DNA of 64,000 nucleotides. Origin: Azoarcus sp. (GTDB taxonomy: Bacteria > Pseudomonadota > Gammaproteobacteria > Burkholderiales > Rhodocyclaceae). Numbering within the stretch: position 1 is the stretch's first letter; every line of letters starts with the position of its first letter. The position numbers were made by a program, and so were the translations under genes. The notes under the pieces are model-generated. The model saw only the letters and a program-made list of their open reading frames with translations. It made no database searches and had not been told where the DNA came from. Of this stretch, positions 1 through 9,905 are shown in pieces. The DNA lies in NCBI GenBank assembly GCA_035306825.1, contig DATGNI010000067.1:5736-69735 (forward strand), given 5' to 3'.

Positions 1-472
1 CCTTCGACAGCGGCCGCTGGCCCGTCAAACCCATGATCTGCGCCTGGGACGGACCGTAGATATCCGCGTCAAGCAAGCCAACGCGGGCCCCCTCTTGCGC
101 CAGTGCAAGCGCCAGGTTCGCCGAGGTCGTGCTTTTACCCACGCCCCCCTTGCCTGATGCAACCACGATGACATTGCGCACACCGGGCAACAGCTTCACA
201 CCTTGCTGAACAGCATGCGCGGCGATTTTCCAGCCCACTTCAAGTTCAATGGAATCGACCCCATCGACGTTGCCCAGCGCATCGCATACCAGTTGCTCCA
301 ACCGTTCGTGATGACTTTTCGCCGGATAGCCCAGTTCGAGCACCACCCGCACGCGTCCGTTGCCGTCCACCGCGACCTCACGCAACGTGCGCCCGGCACC
401 GAGTTTCTTGTCGGTACTCGGGTCGACGACCTCCTTCAGGATTTCGGTAAGCGACTCCGACGTAACACTCAT
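1..472 (-). CDS. apbC: Mrp/NBP35 Fe-S cluster carrier ATPase (N-terminal part; runs off the window edge)
   Basis: Hand translation from ATG at 472: [18 protein letters not shown]...[46 protein letters not shown]. Deviant Walker A and DADIYGPS motifs; divergent from metG as is usual. Not in the ORF track. Confidence 0.93.
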   Translation of the reverse strand, partial: MSVTSESLTEILKEVVDPSTDKKLGAGRTLREVAVDGNGRVRVVLELGYPAKSHHERLEQLVCDALGNVDGVDSIELEVGWKIAAHAVQQGVKLLPGVRNVIVVASGKGGVGKSTTSANLALALAQEGARVGLLDADIYGPSQAQIMGLTGQRPLSK

Positions 473-630
473 GACTTGATCCTTCCTGCAACAATTGCGC
501 CGTATGGGCGATTAATCGGGTAATGATACCCAAGCGGAGTCGTATGCTCACCCCTATCACGAGCGTGGGAATACTCCGGGAAACCTCCGCCCTTTGATAG
601 AATTACCTTTTTGCCTTGAACCCCTTTCAC

Positions 631-2751
631 ATGCCGCGCCATATTCTCGTCACCAACGCCCTGCCTTACGCCAACGGCGATATCCATCTCGGCCATCTGG
701 TTGGCTATATCCAAGCTGACATCTGGGTACGTTACCAACGAATGCGTGGGAACAACGTGCATTATGTTTGCGCCGACGACACCCACGGCACCCCCATCAT
801 GCTGCGCGCGGAAAAGGAAGGCATCACCCCGGAACAGCTCATTGAGCGTTCGCATGGCGAGCATCTGCGCGATTTCACCGGTTTCAATGTTGCGTTCGAC
901 AACTATCATTCCACGCACTCCCCCGAAAACCGTGCCTACGCCGACGACATCTACGCCAAGCTGAAAGAGGCCGGTTTCATTGAAAGCCGCGCGATCGAGC
1001 AATACTATGATCCCCAGCGCGAAATGTTCCTGCCGGATCGTTTCATCAAAGGCGATTGCCCGAAATGTGGCGCGGCAGATCAATACGGTGACAATTGCGA
1101 ATCCTGCGGCGCAGCCTACGCGCCAACCGATCTGAAAAACCCGTATTCCGCAGTCTCCGGCGCACAGCCCGAATTACGCACATCCGAACATTTTTTCTTT
1201 CGCCTGTCGGATCCCCGTGCAGTGAACTTTCTGCGCGAGTGGACGCGCGGCACCAACGCCGCCGGCGTCCGTCGTCTGCAACCCGAAGCAGCCAACAAAA
1301 TGAAGGAATGGCTCGGCGAAAAAGACGAAAACAAACTGGCCGACTGGGATATTTCGCGTGATGCGCCCTATTTCGGCTTCGAAATCCCGGGGGCGCCAGG
1401 GAAATACTTTTACGTCTGGCTTGACGCGCCGATCGGCTATCTCGCCAGCTTCCGCAATTTCGCCGAAAAAGTGGGTGGCATCAACACGGAACACTATACC
1501 GATGCCGTCCAGGCCGAAGCCGCTGGCACCGAAATGGTGCACTTCATCGGCAAGGACATCCTTTACTTCCACGCCCTGTTCTGGCCCGCGATATTGCATT
1601 TCACCGGCTACCGCACGCCCACGCAGCTGGCCGTAAACGGCTTTCTCACCGTCGACGGCGCAAAAATGAGCAAGAGCCGCGGCACGTTCATCACCGCCCA
1701 GTCATACATTGAGCAGGGTCTCAACCCGGAATGGTTGCGTTATTATTTTGCAGCCAAATCCAACGGCACAATGGAAGATGTCGATCTCAGCTTCGACGAC
1801 ATGATCGCCCGGGTCAATTCCGATCTGGTGGGCAAATACATCAATATCGCCAGCCGCTGTTCCGGTTTTATCGCCAAACGTTTCGACGGCAAGCTGGGCG
1901 AAATTGACCCGCAACCCGTAAGCGAATTTCGCGCTGCACTCGAATCCGGCAAGATCGCACGCGCCTACGAAAACCGGGATTTCAGTCTTGCCCTACGTGA
2001 GATCATGCATCTGGCCGATACTGCCAACCAGTATGTCAATGACCACAAACCGTGGGAACTGGCCAAGCAGGAAGGACAGGAAGAGCGGTTGCACACCGTC
2101 TGTTCGACCGCGCTGACATTATTCCGCGATCTCACACGGTTTCTCAAACCGGCGCTTCCCACCGTTGCAGAAAAGGTCGAAGCTTTTCTCAAGATCGAGC
2201 CGCTTACCTGGCCCGACACGTGGAAACCGCTACCGGTCGGTCATTCGATTCAGCCGTACCAACACATGATGACCCGTGTCGAACGCAAGCAGATCGACGC
2301 CCTGATCGAAGCCAACCGCGCCAGCCTCGAACCCGCTGACATTTCGCAAACCAAACCAGCCAGCCAGGACAAGCACACGCCCCCGATGGAACAGGAACAC
2401 ATTTCGATTGACGACTTCCTCCAGGTCGATCTGCGCGTTGCGCGAATCGTCGAGGCTCATCACGTTGAGGGGGCGGACAAGCTTCTGCGCCTGATGCTCG
2501 ACATTGGCGAAACTGACCAGGACGGCCAGCCTAAGCCGCGCCAGGTCTTTGCCGGCATCAAATCCGCTTACGATCCGACCACACTGGTCGATCGCCTGAC
2601 CGTGATGGTCGCCAATCTCGCCCCACGCAAAATGAAATTCGGTCTCAGCGAAGGCATGGTGCTCGCGGCTTCGGATCCACAAAACAAAACCGGTGGGCTG
2701 TACATCCTGTCTCCTGACAGCGGCGCCACGCCGGGAATGCGGATCAGCTGA
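631..2751 (+). CDS. metG: Methionine--tRNA ligase with C-terminal tRNA-binding (OB) domain
   Basis: [12 protein letters not shown] (HIGH), KMSKS, zinc knuckle CPKC..CESC, C-terminal [14 protein letters not shown] domain. ATG 631 preferred over TTG 616. Confidence 0.97.
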   Translation: MPRHILVTNALPYANGDIHLGHLVGYIQADIWVRYQRMRGNNVHYVCADDTHGTPIMLRAEKEGITPEQLIERSHGEHLRDFTGFNVAFDNYHSTHSPENRAYADDIYAKLKEAGFIESRAIEQYYDPQREMFLPDRFIKGDCPKCGAADQYGDNCESCGAAYAPTDLKNPYSAVSGAQPELRTSEHFFFRLSDPRAVNFLREWTRGTNAAGVRRLQPEAANKMKEWLGEKDENKLADWDISRDAPYFGFEIPGAPGKYFYVWLDAPIGYLASFRNFAEKVGGINTEHYTDAVQAEAAGTEMVHFIGKDILYFHALFWPAILHFTGYRTPTQLAVNGFLTVDGAKMSKSRGTFITAQSYIEQGLNPEWLRYYFAAKSNGTMEDVDLSFDDMIARVNSDLVGKYINIASRCSGFIAKRFDGKLGEIDPQPVSEFRAALESGKIARAYENRDFSLALREIMHLADTANQYVNDHKPWELAKQEGQEERLHTVCSTALTLFRDLTRFLKPALPTVAEKVEAFLKIEPLTWPDTWKPLPVGHSIQPYQHMMTRVERKQIDALIEANRASLEPADISQTKPASQDKHTPPMEQEHISIDDFLQVDLRVARIVEAHHVEGADKLLRLMLDIGETDQDGQPKPRQVFAGIKSAYDPTTLVDRLTVMVANLAPRKMKFGLSEGMVLAASDPQNKTGGLYILSPDSGATPGMRIS

Positions 2752-2859
2752 TGCCGCTCACGCCTTCCAAACGCTGGATGGTCCGTCACCGCAGGCCGCG
2801 ACAACTAGGGTTCATCGTCGCCGCTGTGACCGCCCCCGTCCATTGCAGGAGAAGGCTCC

Positions 2860-4542
2860 ATGTTTCGCTTCCACCCGAAGCTCCTCGACACCCTTCCCGG
2901 TTATAACCGGGAAACCCTGACTTCAGATATTGCCGCCGGCATCACTGTCGGCGTGCTTGCTCTGCCGCTGGCGATGGCTTTTGCGATCGCCAGCGGAATG
3001 AGTCCCGCAGCAGGCATCTGGACCGCCATCGTGGCCGGTCTGGTGATCTCGCTATTCGGCGGCTCCCGGGTGCAAATCGGCGGGCCGACCGGCGCGTTCA
3101 TCCCCATCATATATGCCATTGTCGTCGACTATGGCGTCGCCAACTTGCTGATCGCCACAATGATGTCCGGCGTAATGTTGTTCGCGATGGGGGCGACGCG
3201 TCTTGGCGGCATGATCCGTTTCATCCCGATTTCAGTTGTGATCGGTTTCACCAACGGCATTGCCGTGGTGATTTTCCTTTCTCAGATCCGAGACTTTCTT
3301 GGTCTCGACATTCCGGACATGCCGGGTGAATTCTTCGGCAAAATGGAAGCGCTCGGTGACGCTCTGCACACCGCCCAGCTCCCCACCATCCTGCTCGCCG
3401 TAAGTTCGGTCGCGGTACTTCTCAGCTGGAATCATATGGCCCGCCGTATCCGTTGGATGCGACGCGCACCCGGCCCGCTTGTGGCACTGCTGCTGGCCAC
3501 ACTCGTCAATGCGTTGTTTACGCTCCCGGTCGAAACCATCGGCAGTCGTTTCGGTGGCATTCCTCAAGGCTTCCCGGAGATCGGATTTCCAGCAGTCGAA
3601 CTCAGCACGCTTGGCAAACTGCTCGCACCAGCGCTCACCATTGCTCTGCTCGGCGCAATCGAATCCTTGCTCTCGGCGCGCGTTGCTGACGCTCGCATCA
3701 ACGATTGCCACGACCCCAACCAGGAACTGATGGCTCAGGGCGCAGCCAACTTCATCGCCCCGCTTTTCGGCGGTTTCGCGGCCACCGGCGCAATCGCACG
3801 CACTGCAACCAACATCCGCAGCGGCGGACGCACGCCCATTGCCGGCATCGTACACGCCCTCGTTTTGCTCGCGATTGTTCTCGCCATCGCTCCACTCGCC
3901 AGCCATATTCCGCTGGCCACGCTGTCAGCGATCGTTGTGGTGGTGGCCATCAACATGGGGGAGTGGCACGCGTTCCGTCGCAGCGAACTTGCGCGCCACA
4001 GTCGCCCGTACCAAGCAATCTTGCTCACCACCTTCGTCACCACCGTATTGTTCGATCTCACGCTCGCGGTGCAGGCCGGTCTGGTGATGTCCGCACTGGT
4101 ATTCATTTTCCGGATGTCGGACCTGACCCACATGACCGAGTTGGATCTTTCCCTTCACATGTCGGAAGCGGAACGGCTCCGACCAGACGGCAGCCCGCGC
4201 GTGCTCGCGTGGCGACTGACCGGAAGTCTGTTTTTTGGCGCCACCAACAAGCTCGATGTCTTATTGTCGACGAATATCGGCACACCCGATACGGTCATAC
4301 TCGATCTTCATCGAATGGTGCATATTGATACCACCGGCCTGGATATCCTGAACAATCTGCGTCTCACGCTCACTGCACGCGGCATTCGCCTGATGCTTGT
4401 CGGTCTCAATCCACAACCCGCATCCTTGCTGCGACGGGCAGGTTTCAAAACCGCGCTGGGCGAAGACGCCATCATGCGCACCCTCGACGAGGCATTGGAA
4501 CGTATTCGCAATGAGGCAAACGGAAGCAATCCAAATGAATAA
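2860..4542 (+). CDS. SulP/SLC26 family anion transporter with STAS domain
   Basis: DIAAGITVGVLALPLAMAFA, GGPTGAF, NQELMAQG, GAIART motifs; C-terminal STAS (GSLFFGA, IDTTG); SD AGGAGA. Confidence 0.93.
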   Translation: MFRFHPKLLDTLPGYNRETLTSDIAAGITVGVLALPLAMAFAIASGMSPAAGIWTAIVAGLVISLFGGSRVQIGGPTGAFIPIIYAIVVDYGVANLLIATMMSGVMLFAMGATRLGGMIRFIPISVVIGFTNGIAVVIFLSQIRDFLGLDIPDMPGEFFGKMEALGDALHTAQLPTILLAVSSVAVLLSWNHMARRIRWMRRAPGPLVALLLATLVNALFTLPVETIGSRFGGIPQGFPEIGFPAVELSTLGKLLAPALTIALLGAIESLLSARVADARINDCHDPNQELMAQGAANFIAPLFGGFAATGAIARTATNIRSGGRTPIAGIVHALVLLAIVLAIAPLASHIPLATLSAIVVVVAINMGEWHAFRRSELARHSRPYQAILLTTFVTTVLFDLTLAVQAGLVMSALVFIFRMSDLTHMTELDLSLHMSEAERLRPDGSPRVLAWRLTGSLFFGATNKLDVLLSTNIGTPDTVILDLHRMVHIDTTGLDILNNLRLTLTARGIRLMLVGLNPQPASLLRRAGFKTALGEDAIMRTLDEALERIRNEANGSNPNE

Positions 4543-4825
4543 GTCCGCAATGGTCACCCGTCATCTGCTCATTCATGGCAAGGTGCAAGGCGTCTATTAC
4601 CGCGCCAGCGCGGTCGCTGAAGCGACGCGTCTCGGCGTATCAGGGTGGGTGCGCAATCGAAGCTCAGGCTCTGTGGAAGCCGTCATCTGCGGTTCCGATG
4701 AACAGATCGAGGCGTTCATTCAGTGGGCGCAAGAAGGTCCGCCAAACGCTGACGTGCGTCACATTGAGGTTTCCGCGTGGGATGAACCCGTATCGGCCGG
4801 TTTTCGGCAATTGCCCACGGTTTGA
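4535..4825 (+). CDS. acyP: Acylphosphatase
   Basis: HGKVQGVYYR...GWVRN...GSVEA signature. Start at 4535 or 4550, overlapping or abutting the sulP end. Confidence 0.9.
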   Translation: MNKSAMVTRHLLIHGKVQGVYYRASAVAEATRLGVSGWVRNRSSGSVEAVICGSDEQIEAFIQWAQEGPPNADVRHIEVSAWDEPVSAGFRQLPTV

Positions 4826-4923
4826 TGGAAAACGCCCCACACGCTCTGGCTACCGTTGGAGCGCGGCGGCGCTGCGCATGCATCACCGTCGGTAGCCGAT
4901 CCCTGGGCGAGCAATGACAGCCC

Positions 4924-7900
4924 TCACTCTCGATATTTCACTTCCACCGCTCCTTCCGGCAACCAGGCGCGGAGGTTTTCGAGCAGTGCATCCTCGGGCC
5001 GGACGCGCCAGCTTTCGCCGAACGGGAGATTGATCTCGGCATCAGCGTTGCGGTAATGCAGATGTACCGCACATCCCTCATCACGGAACGGCTCGAGCAG
5101 ACGTTGCAGACGTTCGGCCACAGCGGTTGGCCCACCTTCCTGCACCTCTCCGTTCAGACTCAATTGCAGACCGGTGGCGAAACGACTGCGCGCCTCACCC
5201 AGCGTCAACAACTGATCGGCAATAATGCGCAGGCCGCCGGAATACTCATCGTTGCTGATCTTGCCTTCGACCACCAACACTTCATCGGTGACGATTTTTC
5301 CGCGACTCGCTTCCAACACTTCTGAATACACCGCGATCTCGCGCGAGACGCCACTGCCGTCATCCAACTGAATGAACCCCATCCTTCCGCGTGCGCCCAC
5401 CTTGAAACGCACGTCCATGACAACACCTGCAAGCATCGCCAGGCTGCGTGAAGGCTCCAGCTCTGCCAGAGAACGGCGGATGAAACGACGCACCTCAGCA
5501 CGATAGCTATCGAACGGATGACCGGAGAGGAAAAAACCGATCGCAGTCTTTTCCTGTTTCAGCAATTCGCGCTCATCCCAGGCGCGCACCGAAACGAATT
5601 CCAACGCCGCGCCGGCGGCTTCCGGCACCATATCGAACAACCCACCCTGCAGTGCGTTGGCGGCGGCCTGATCGGCCGCTTCCATTGCAAGACCGACAGT
5701 AGCGAGCACTTCGGCACGATCGCGCCCTGCATGACCGGGCAGGGTATCGAGCGCCCCGGCACGAATCAGCGCTTCGACGACGCGCTTGTTGACCAGGCGG
5801 CGGTCGATGCGCTCGCAAAAGTCGAACAGATCGCGAAACGGCCCACCTTCAGCCCGCGCCGCCAGGATTGAACGCACCGCGGGCTCACCACAGCCCTTCA
5901 CCGCACCCAGGCCGTATCGAATGGTTTGCGCATCAGTCGGCACAAAGCGATAGTCCGACTCATTCACATCCGGCGGCAGAATTTCAACGCCATTGGCCAC
6001 CGTGTCTTCATAGAAAATGCGGATGGTATCGGTGTTGTCCAGGTCGGCCGACATCGTCGCGGCCATGAAGGCCGCACAATGATGTGCCTTCAGCCATGCC
6101 GTCTGATACGTGACGACGGCATAGGCGGCGGTATGCGACTTGTTAAAGCCGTATTCCGCAAATTTCGTCATCAGATCGAAAAGCTGCTCGGCCAGTGCCG
6201 GATCGTAGCCCTTCTGTTTCGCGCCCTCGGCGATGGTGGCGCGGTGTTTGGCCATTTCATCGGCCTTCTTCTTGCCCATCGCGCGACGCAGCATATCGGC
6301 GCCGCCAAGCGTGTATCCCCCGATGATCTGGGAGATCTGCATCACCTGTTCCTGATACACGATCACACCGTACGTCGGTTCCAGGCACGGCTTGAGATCC
6401 GGGTGGAAGAAATCAATCTTCTGCTGCCCTTTCTTGCGCAGGATGAAATCATCCACCATGCCCGAACCGAGCGGTCCCGGGCGATACAGCGCGAGCACCG
6501 CGATGATGTCTTCGAAACGGTCCGGGCCGAGCTTCTTGAGAAGCTTTTTCATGCCGTCCGATTCGACCTGGAAAATCGCCGTGGTGTTGGCGTCTTTCAG
6601 AATTTTATACGCCGCAGGATCGTCGAAGCTAAGCGCTGCGAGATCAGGCTTTTCGCCGGTCAGGCGTTCAATATATTCGACGGCAAGATCAATGATGGTC
6701 AGGTTACGCAGCCCGAGGAAGTCGAACTTGACCAATCCGACGGCTTCGACATCGTCTTTGTCGAACTGCGACACCGGCACCGCATCTTCACCATCCGCAA
6801 CATAGAGCGGACAAAAATCGGTCAGTCTGCCCGGTGCAATCAACACCCCACCGGCATGCATGCCGACGTTGCGCGACAAACCTTCGAGCGACTCGGCCAG
6901 TCTCCACAGTTCCTGCACCGATTCACCGTCGTTGCCATCGCGCATCATCTCGCCGATCTGCGATTCCATTTCGTAGGCACGCGCCAGCGAAAGCGGCTTG
7001 TTGGCCTCGACCGGAATCAGCTTCGACAGACGGTCACACAGCCCATACGGCAGATCGAGAACACGCCCGACATCTCGCACCACGGCCTTCGAAGCCATCG
7101 TGCCAAAAGTGGCGATCTGGCTCACCGCCTCCTTGCCGTACCGTTCGCGCACATATTCGATGACGCGATAACGGTTGTCCTGACAGAAATCGATGTCGAA
7201 GTCAGGCATCGACACCCGCTCGGGGTTGAGGAAACGCTCAAACAGCAACGCGTACTCGAGCGGATCCAGATCGGTGATGTTCAGACTGTAGGCCACCAGA
7301 GACCCCGCGCCCGAGCCCCTGCCGGGCCCCACCGGCACACCGTTCTCCTTCGCCCAGTTGATGAAATCGGCGACGATCAGGAAGTACCCTGGGAAGCCCA
7401 TCTCAATGATGGTCCCGGTTTCCTTTTCCAGCCGCTCCAGATAGCGCGGACGCTGACGCTCTCGTTCCGCCTCATCCGGATACAGCTCCTGCAGACGCAC
7501 TTCCAGACCTTTCTTGGCCTCCGCAACCAGGAAATCGTCGAGCGTCATACCTTCCGGCGTCGGAAACTGCGGCAGATAGTTCTTGCCCAGCTCAATGGAA
7601 AGCGTACAGCGGCGCGCGATCTCGACCGCGTTCTCCAACGCCTCAGGAAGATCGGCGAACAACGCACACATCTCCTCCTGGCTCTTGAAGTACTGCTCCG
7701 GCGTAAAGTCGCGCGGACGACGCTTATCCGCCAGCACATAGCCTTGTGCAATACACACCCGCGCCTCATGGGCCATGAAATCATCGGCCACGAGAAACTG
7801 CACCGGATGCGTCGCAACCACCGGCAGATCACACTGCGCGGCAAGCCGCACCGATTCCGCCACGAGCGCGTCTGCGCCGGGATGCCCCGCGCGTTGCAAC

Positions 7901-8418
7901 TCGACATAGTACGCGTCGGGAAAACGCGCAGACCACCACTGCGCAAGGTGGCTGGCAAGATCCGTATTGCCGTTGATCAGCGCCTGACCCAGATCACCAT
8001 ACTGCGCTCCGGAAAGGCAGATCAGCCCGTCCTCGCCGTCTTCGGCAAACCATTCGCGCCGCAGTTCGGCACGGCCACGATATTTGTTGTCCAGATAAGC
8101 CTTCGCCAACAACTCGCACAGTCGTCCGTAACCGGTGCGGTTGCGGCAGATCAGCACGACGCGGTACGGCTTGTCGCGATTCTCGTCATTGGTGATCCAC
8201 ACATCGACCGCCACGATCGGCTTGATACCGGCTGCACGCGCAGTCGTGTAAAACTTGACCATGCCGAACAGGTTGGTCAGGTCCGAAACGCCCAACGCAG
8301 GCATGCCATCCTGGGCAGCTCGCTGAATAGCATCCTCAATCCGGACGATGCCGTCCTGAATCGAGAATTCGGAATGCAGACGCAGGTGTACGAAGCGGGG
8401 TGAGCAGGCAGAATTCAT
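4924..8418 (-). CDS. dnaE: DNA polymerase III alpha subunit
   Basis: PHP domain FVHLRLHSEFS, GPGRGSGAGSLVAY, PDFDIDF, YGFNKSH; 1164 aa. Confidence 0.98.
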   Translation of the reverse strand: MNSACSPRFVHLRLHSEFSIQDGIVRIEDAIQRAAQDGMPALGVSDLTNLFGMVKFYTTARAAGIKPIVAVDVWITNDENRDKPYRVVLICRNRTGYGRLCELLAKAYLDNKYRGRAELRREWFAEDGEDGLICLSGAQYGDLGQALINGNTDLASHLAQWWSARFPDAYYVELQRAGHPGADALVAESVRLAAQCDLPVVATHPVQFLVADDFMAHEARVCIAQGYVLADKRRPRDFTPEQYFKSQEEMCALFADLPEALENAVEIARRCTLSIELGKNYLPQFPTPEGMTLDDFLVAEAKKGLEVRLQELYPDEAERERQRPRYLERLEKETGTIIEMGFPGYFLIVADFINWAKENGVPVGPGRGSGAGSLVAYSLNITDLDPLEYALLFERFLNPERVSMPDFDIDFCQDNRYRVIEYVRERYGKEAVSQIATFGTMASKAVVRDVGRVLDLPYGLCDRLSKLIPVEANKPLSLARAYEMESQIGEMMRDGNDGESVQELWRLAESLEGLSRNVGMHAGGVLIAPGRLTDFCPLYVADGEDAVPVSQFDKDDVEAVGLVKFDFLGLRNLTIIDLAVEYIERLTGEKPDLAALSFDDPAAYKILKDANTTAIFQVESDGMKKLLKKLGPDRFEDIIAVLALYRPGPLGSGMVDDFILRKKGQQKIDFFHPDLKPCLEPTYGVIVYQEQVMQISQIIGGYTLGGADMLRRAMGKKKADEMAKHRATIAEGAKQKGYDPALAEQLFDLMTKFAEYGFNKSHTAAYAVVTYQTAWLKAHHCAAFMAATMSADLDNTDTIRIFYEDTVANGVEILPPDVNESDYRFVPTDAQTIRYGLGAVKGCGEPAVRSILAARAEGGPFRDLFDFCERIDRRLVNKRVVEALIRAGALDTLPGHAGRDRAEVLATVGLAMEAADQAAANALQGGLFDMVPEAAGAALEFVSVRAWDERELLKQEKTAIGFFLSGHPFDSYRAEVRRFIRRSLAELEPSRSLAMLAGVVMDVRFKVGARGRMGFIQLDDGSGVSREIAVYSEVLEASRGKIVTDEVLVVEGKISNDEYSGGLRIIADQLLTLGEARSRFATGLQLSLNGEVQEGGPTAVAERLQRLLEPFRDEGCAVHLHYRNADAEINLPFGESWRVRPEDALLENLRAWLPEGAVEVKYRE

Positions 8419-8890
8419 GCCGCGAAGTGTACTCGATTCGCTCCGGTTTCGGCCCGCCCCCTTTGGCCCAAAGTAACAAAACAGGCTTGACCCGCGCTCC
8501 TATGCACGCCGTTCCTCGGACGCTTCATACACACGTGCACACCACCTCGGCTGGTGATTTCGGCGACGCGTTAGACGAAGTTTTCGCGCGTACAGTTGTT
8601 TGTGTGATCACAACCGAGTGTCCTTGCTGCGGCAACATGGATCAGAATATTCTCGCCGGGGCGCAGAGGATGGGACGCTGAAACAAGTATTGAACAGTCC
8701 CCCTACCACTTCATCCACGAACCGGTTTCATGGAAACAAACTGCATGATCCATTGCTTGGCGCCACGCCGCGTTCCTGTGCAACTTAACCAACAGGCAGG
8801 CGTACAGCAATGCGGTTGATCAGTAATTCGCCATTGTCATTGCCCATTTGACTACAATCTTCGTTCATATCCCCAATATCGGAACTGGCA

Positions 8891-9820
8891 ATGGCTATCC
8901 CCGACTTTCAGACTTTAATGCGTCCAGTGCTCGAATACGCTTCCGCGGCCCCCGAGCGCCGTCTTCGGGATACGTATGCAGCGATGGCCGATCGTTTCGA
9001 ATTGTCGGAAGAAGAACGTCGTGAGATGCTCCCAAGCGGTCGCGCATTACTTATGCATAACCGAGTGGCGTGGGCTGTAACCCATCTCAAAAAGGCGGGA
9101 ATGCTTAACCCTGTTCGTCGTGGAGTTTTTGCGATTACAGAGAGAGGAAAAAAAGCGCTTTTCGAAGCCCCAGAGCGCATCACCCTTCAATACCTGATGC
9201 GCTTTGATGACTTCCGCGATTTCAGGAATAAACGTAATGCAGACTTTGGCCGTGCCGACGGAGAGTCAGATACTCGTTCTGGCGATCTATTGACTGAAGA
9301 TCAGACTCCAGAGGAGAAGCTGGCTACCGCTTGGAAAACTATTCGTGCCGATCTCGAACTGGAAATCCTCGAACAGGTTAAGGAGATGTCGCCCGCTTTC
9401 TTCGAACGTTTGGTGCTCGATGTACTGATTTCCATGGGCTATGGCGGCGAAAGGGCCGATGCCGCACGTGCGGTTGGACAAAGCGGAGACGGGGGCATTG
9501 ACGGCATCATCGACGAAGACCCTCTCGGACTCGACATCATTTACCTACAGGCGAAACGCTGGGAAAGTATTGTCGGAAGGCCAGAAATACAGAAGTTCGC
9601 TGGAGCATTGCAAGGCCGCCGCGCGCGCAAAGGCGTCTTCATCACGACTTCCGGCTTCAGCAAGGATGCGCTGGAGTATGCCAACATGATCGAAACCAGA
9701 ATTATCTTAATCGAGGGCAGACGGTTAGCTCGCCTGATGATCGATCATGGCGTGGGAGTTTCGGAGACTTCGACTTATGTGATCAAGCAACTGGACAGCG
9801 ACTACTTCTCCGAAGACTGA
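8891..9820 (+). CDS. mrr: Mrr type IV (modification-dependent) restriction endonuclease
   Basis: MAIPDFQTLMRPVL N-terminal winged-helix region, NRVAWAVTHLKKAG, catalytic GDGGIDG...YLQAKRW, C-terminal DSDYF. Confidence 0.93.
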   Translation: MAIPDFQTLMRPVLEYASAAPERRLRDTYAAMADRFELSEEERREMLPSGRALLMHNRVAWAVTHLKKAGMLNPVRRGVFAITERGKKALFEAPERITLQYLMRFDDFRDFRNKRNADFGRADGESDTRSGDLLTEDQTPEEKLATAWKTIRADLELEILEQVKEMSPAFFERLVLDVLISMGYGGERADAARAVGQSGDGGIDGIIDEDPLGLDIIYLQAKRWESIVGRPEIQKFAGALQGRRARKGVFITTSGFSKDALEYANMIETRIILIEGRRLARLMIDHGVGVSETSTYVIKQLDSDYFSED

Positions 9821-9905
9821 AAAGTCATTTTATTTCCCGCAGGCGCAGGAGCTGTTCTCTGTAGATCGCTATCCGCGCAGGCCGCCAAGCAGTTTTTCAA
9901 TGAGT

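Noticed and set aside
5926-8403. 825-aa ORF antisense to dnaE, and similar long antisense ORFs over uvrD, pilB/C, ctpA and gpsA
   Set aside because: Shadow frames caused by high-GC codon bias; no recognisable motifs, and they overlap well-supported genes.
8400-8788. Small ORFs in the dnaE-mrr spacer, including one with CPCCG
   Set aside because: No SD, atypical composition and no second Cys pair; cannot be supported.
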